The notes under the pieces are model-generated. The model saw nothing but the letters and a program-made list of their open reading frames with translations, made no database searches and was not told the origin of the DNA. This document shows positions 61,739 to 64,000 of a DNA stretch of 64,000 bases, one piece after another. Source of the DNA: a virus; the IMG/VR virus record IMGVR_UViG_3300033512_000218, positions 64,001 to 128,000 of that record. One strand, written 5' to 3'. Made by a program: the position numbers and the translations under genes. Every line of letters begins with the position of its first letter. Within the stretch, counting starts at the first letter, position 1.

Positions 61739-62092
61739 TTAATATCTCTTTATTTGAGACGTATTGTAACTTGTTAAAATATTTAAAATATTGAGTTTAT
61801 TTTTATCATTTTTAATTGAATATAATAATTCATATAAGTAAAAATAGTTATATTCACTATATTTAATAATATTCAATTCATATTTGGTTAAAATATCCTT
61901 TATTTTATTAGCAAACATACTATCCACATAATCCAATATTTTTTTAAATATATTATTATTTTTAATATCGTTTCTATGATGTTCAAATGAATACCATTTC
62001 CAATCATTTAATTGTTCAATATCATTTAATTCTGTAGGTAATAATTCCTTTAATTTATTTAAACTTTCTTCTGTTTTTGCGTATATTTTCAT
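61739..62092 (-). CDS. hypothetical protein
   Basis: 117 aa. Confidence 0.7.
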   Translation of the reverse strand: MKIYAKTEESLNKLKELLPTELNDIEQLNDWKWYSFEHHRNDIKNNNIFKKILDYVDSMFANKIKDILTKYELNIIKYSEYNYFYLYELLYSIKNDKNKLNILNILTSYNTSQIKRY

Positions 62093-62799
62093 ACTTTATT
62101 ATTTATTATTAAATTATATAACGTTTCATTATCATAAAAATATGGTATATGATTACCTTGTATTGTTCCTGGAATAGGAATTAAATTATCTCCTCTTTTA
62201 TCAACTCCATATATTTTGGACATGTCATTATAAAGAGTTTTCTTATATTTTAAATCTAATTTATCATTATCAATTAATACATGAAATCCATTATTTGTTA
62301 TTAATATATTAATACACTCATGATTAACTATTTTATACACTTGTTTCATTGTATCAACTAAATTAACTTTATCAAAATCATAATCGAAATATTTCATTCT
62401 ACTTATTGATTTATGAATTTCATTTAAAACTTCAGAATGTGGATTATATCCATTATAAGGTTTAGTTATTAATTCAACAAATAATTTTAAACTGTTTTTT
62501 GTTGCTTTTTCTAAATCTCTTGGATTTGGAGTTATATATAATACCAATGATTCATTAGGAATATCATTGTCTCCATCTTTATACGAACCAATTTCACATT
62601 CAATTTGTTTTATTTTATTAAATAAAAATTGTTTGTTTGAAGTGAATCTTTTTAGTTGTATTTTATCTTTACTTAATATAGCACTATATTTATTTCTTGC
62701 TAATAATGATACATAATATTGTTCATTATCAGTTAAATCAGGCAACCAATCTATAAATTGTTTTAGAATGGTTTCATTTTGGATTATTTTATAATTCAT
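62089..62799 (-). CDS. conserved phage protein with AEP-like motifs
   Basis: FDYDFD, TNNGFH, IPIPGTIQG. Confidence 0.5.
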   Translation of the reverse strand: MNYKIIQNETILKQFIDWLPDLTDNEQYYVSLLARNKYSAILSKDKIQLKRFTSNKQFLFNKIKQIECEIGSYKDGDNDIPNESLVLYITPNPRDLEKATKNSLKLFVELITKPYNGYNPHSEVLNEIHKSISRMKYFDYDFDKVNLVDTMKQVYKIVNHECINILITNNGFHVLIDNDKLDLKYKKTLYNDMSKIYGVDKRGDNLIPIPGTIQGNHIPYFYDNETLYNLIINNKV

Positions 62800-62807
62800 A
62801 ATTCTGT

Positions 62808-63023
62808 TTATTTTCTGTTATATCCTTTTTTATTTCCAAATGAAATAAAAATCCCAATTATTATTAAAATTACTATTCCTAATACTAATCCACCCCATAA
62901 TGGAGATGTTACCCACCACCAAGACCAGTTAATTACACCAACTAATTTTAAAACAATAAAGGCAATAGTAAGTAATCCTATAAATCCTATTCCTGTATTT
63001 GTACTTGTATTTTGTTTTTCCAT
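62808..63023 (-). CDS. small phage membrane protein
   Basis: GLLTIAFIVLKLVGVINWSWWWVTSPLW. Confidence 0.8.
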   Translation of the reverse strand: MEKQNTSTNTGIGFIGLLTIAFIVLKLVGVINWSWWWVTSPLWGGLVLGIVILIIIGIFISFGNKKGYNRK

Positions 63024-63049
63024 TTTAATTTTTTTGTTTATTTTATAAA

Positions 63050-63283
63050 TTAAATAATAAATTCCGTATTATTTGTTTGATGTTGTTTTAGTTCTGCTAT
63101 AATGTCCAAAATATCAATTTTATCAATACAATGAATACTTTCCTGACTATTCATTATCATTAAATTTTGAAGTAGTTTTATTTGTTCTTGATAAAATAAT
63201 TGTTGGATTAAATTATATAATTCCTTTTTATTTTTGGTATTTTGTATTATATCATTCAACATAACACCAACCTTCTTCATCAA
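63050..63283 (-). CDS. hypothetical protein (start uncertain)
   Basis: 77-aa ORF. Confidence 0.4.
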   Translation of the reverse strand: MMKKVGVMLNDIIQNTKNKKELYNLIQQLFYQEQIKLLQNLMIMNSQESIHCIDKIDILDIIAELKQHQTNNTEFII

Positions 63284-63445
63284 CAGTTATTTTACATTTG
63301 CAATTTATACCTCGAACTCCCCATCTAATTTAATTTTATGTGATTTATTACCGTTATGAAAAATTATTTCTACATAATATGCATATCATAATCCATCATA
63401 TTCGTTTGGTATAATCATTGGATGTTTTTCTATACTTTTTGCCAT
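63252..63445 (-). pseudogene. small phage protein with TGA and frameshift
   Basis: EYDGL*YAYYVE (TGA 63386-63388), shift at ~63320 before GVRGINCKC. Confidence 0.55.
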
Positions 63446-63632
63446 AATTTAATTAATTTTATATTTATAAACATATTTGATTAAATAGAGATTTAGTCAA
63501 TATTTCAATTTCCATATTTAATTAGTGTTTGCTTTATTATCAATACAGTTAATATCGTAATCCTCGTGTGGTCCTATTAAAATTAGATACACAAGTAAAT
63601 CTATATAACCATTACCATTTTGGTTATTATCA

Positions 63633-64000
63633 TTATTTTTTTTCATTTACTAAAATTTTTATATATGTGTTATAATCAATTTTTTCTTTATAATAACGTA
63701 TATCATTTTTTTGAGTTAATGAATTAGATTTAATTCTGCTATATAGAATATCAAGTATTCTACATTTTTCTTTTATATCAACAGTATAATCTTTATAATG
63801 ATATGTTTTCCACATATCTTTATTAAATTCAGCTACAATATTAAATCCTCGTTTTATTGCTTCTTGTTTTAATAAATCAAAACGATTATGCAAATATAAA
63901 CCTTTATTCATAAAAAAAGTAACATGTCCTTTTCCTAAAGTAAATTGTTTAGGGATTTCAGGGATACCTGTTTTACTATTTAATGATACATTATAAGAAC
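63633..64000 (-). CDS. denV: pyrimidine-dimer DNA glycosylase (T4 endonuclease V), 5' truncated by window
   Basis: Upstream of the listed ORF the frame reads IPKQFTLGKGHVTFFMNKGLYL..RGF. Confidence 0.85.
   Translation of the reverse strand, partial: SYNVSLNSKTGIPEIPKQFTLGKGHVTFFMNKGLYLHNRFDLLKQEAIKRGFNIVAEFNKDMWKTYHYKDYTVDIKEKCRILDILYSRIKSNSLTQKNDIRYYKEKIDYNTYIKILVNEKK

Noticed and set aside
2070-63048. Antisense or overlapping short ORFs (e.g. 2070, 7052, 9947, 13251, 13489, 17040, 19178, 20631, 21441, 28864, 30818, 30973, 31253, 35497, 37615, 39916, 42425, 43065, 46227, 48359, 53690, 53892, 58431, 60803, 62779)
   Set aside because: They lie opposite better-supported genes and have the I/F/L/Y-rich composition of shadow ORFs.
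4730-63388. Stop-codon reassignment (code 4, 15 or 25)
   Set aside because: All three stop types interrupt genes, TAA is the dominant true stop, TAG and TGA also end genes normally (19222, 17031, 29947), long genes have no internal stops, and frameshifts co-occur.

Overview
An extremely AT-rich (about 20% GC by eye, not computed) segment of a large contractile-tailed phage genome. It encodes a tail sheath, baseplate-type proteins, a tape measure, a neck protein, tail fibres, DNA ligase, clamp-loader subunits, DenV, an endolysin and a tRNA-His. The host is very likely Bacteroidota: 13 copies of a fixed-geometry promoter carry the Bacteroidota TTTG/TAnnTTTG boxes, and one gene encodes a signal-peptide protein with a type IX secretion C-terminal domain. 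Blocks of short accessory genes behind these promoters alternate with virion genes behind a GTATTTAT(A/T)T motif. Most notable: (1) a two-cassette integron-like array with a complete attC-like site at 9.9-10.85 kb; (2) a conserved 16-bp box/promoter module, in four cases exactly 2 bp from a divergent late motif; (3) an apparent T9SS cargo protein, a membrane-anchored ADP-ribosyltransferase toxin domain, a second ART, a NADAR, an HD alarmone hydrolase and a degenerate sensor kinase; (4) a shared I/L-x-E N-terminal leader on diverse late proteins; (5) an IS607 element with an unusually long, zinc-finger-less TnpB inserted in a late gene; (6) at least 12 in-frame stops and 6 frameshifts confined to accessory genes. 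All family calls come from motif recognition; no database searches were run.
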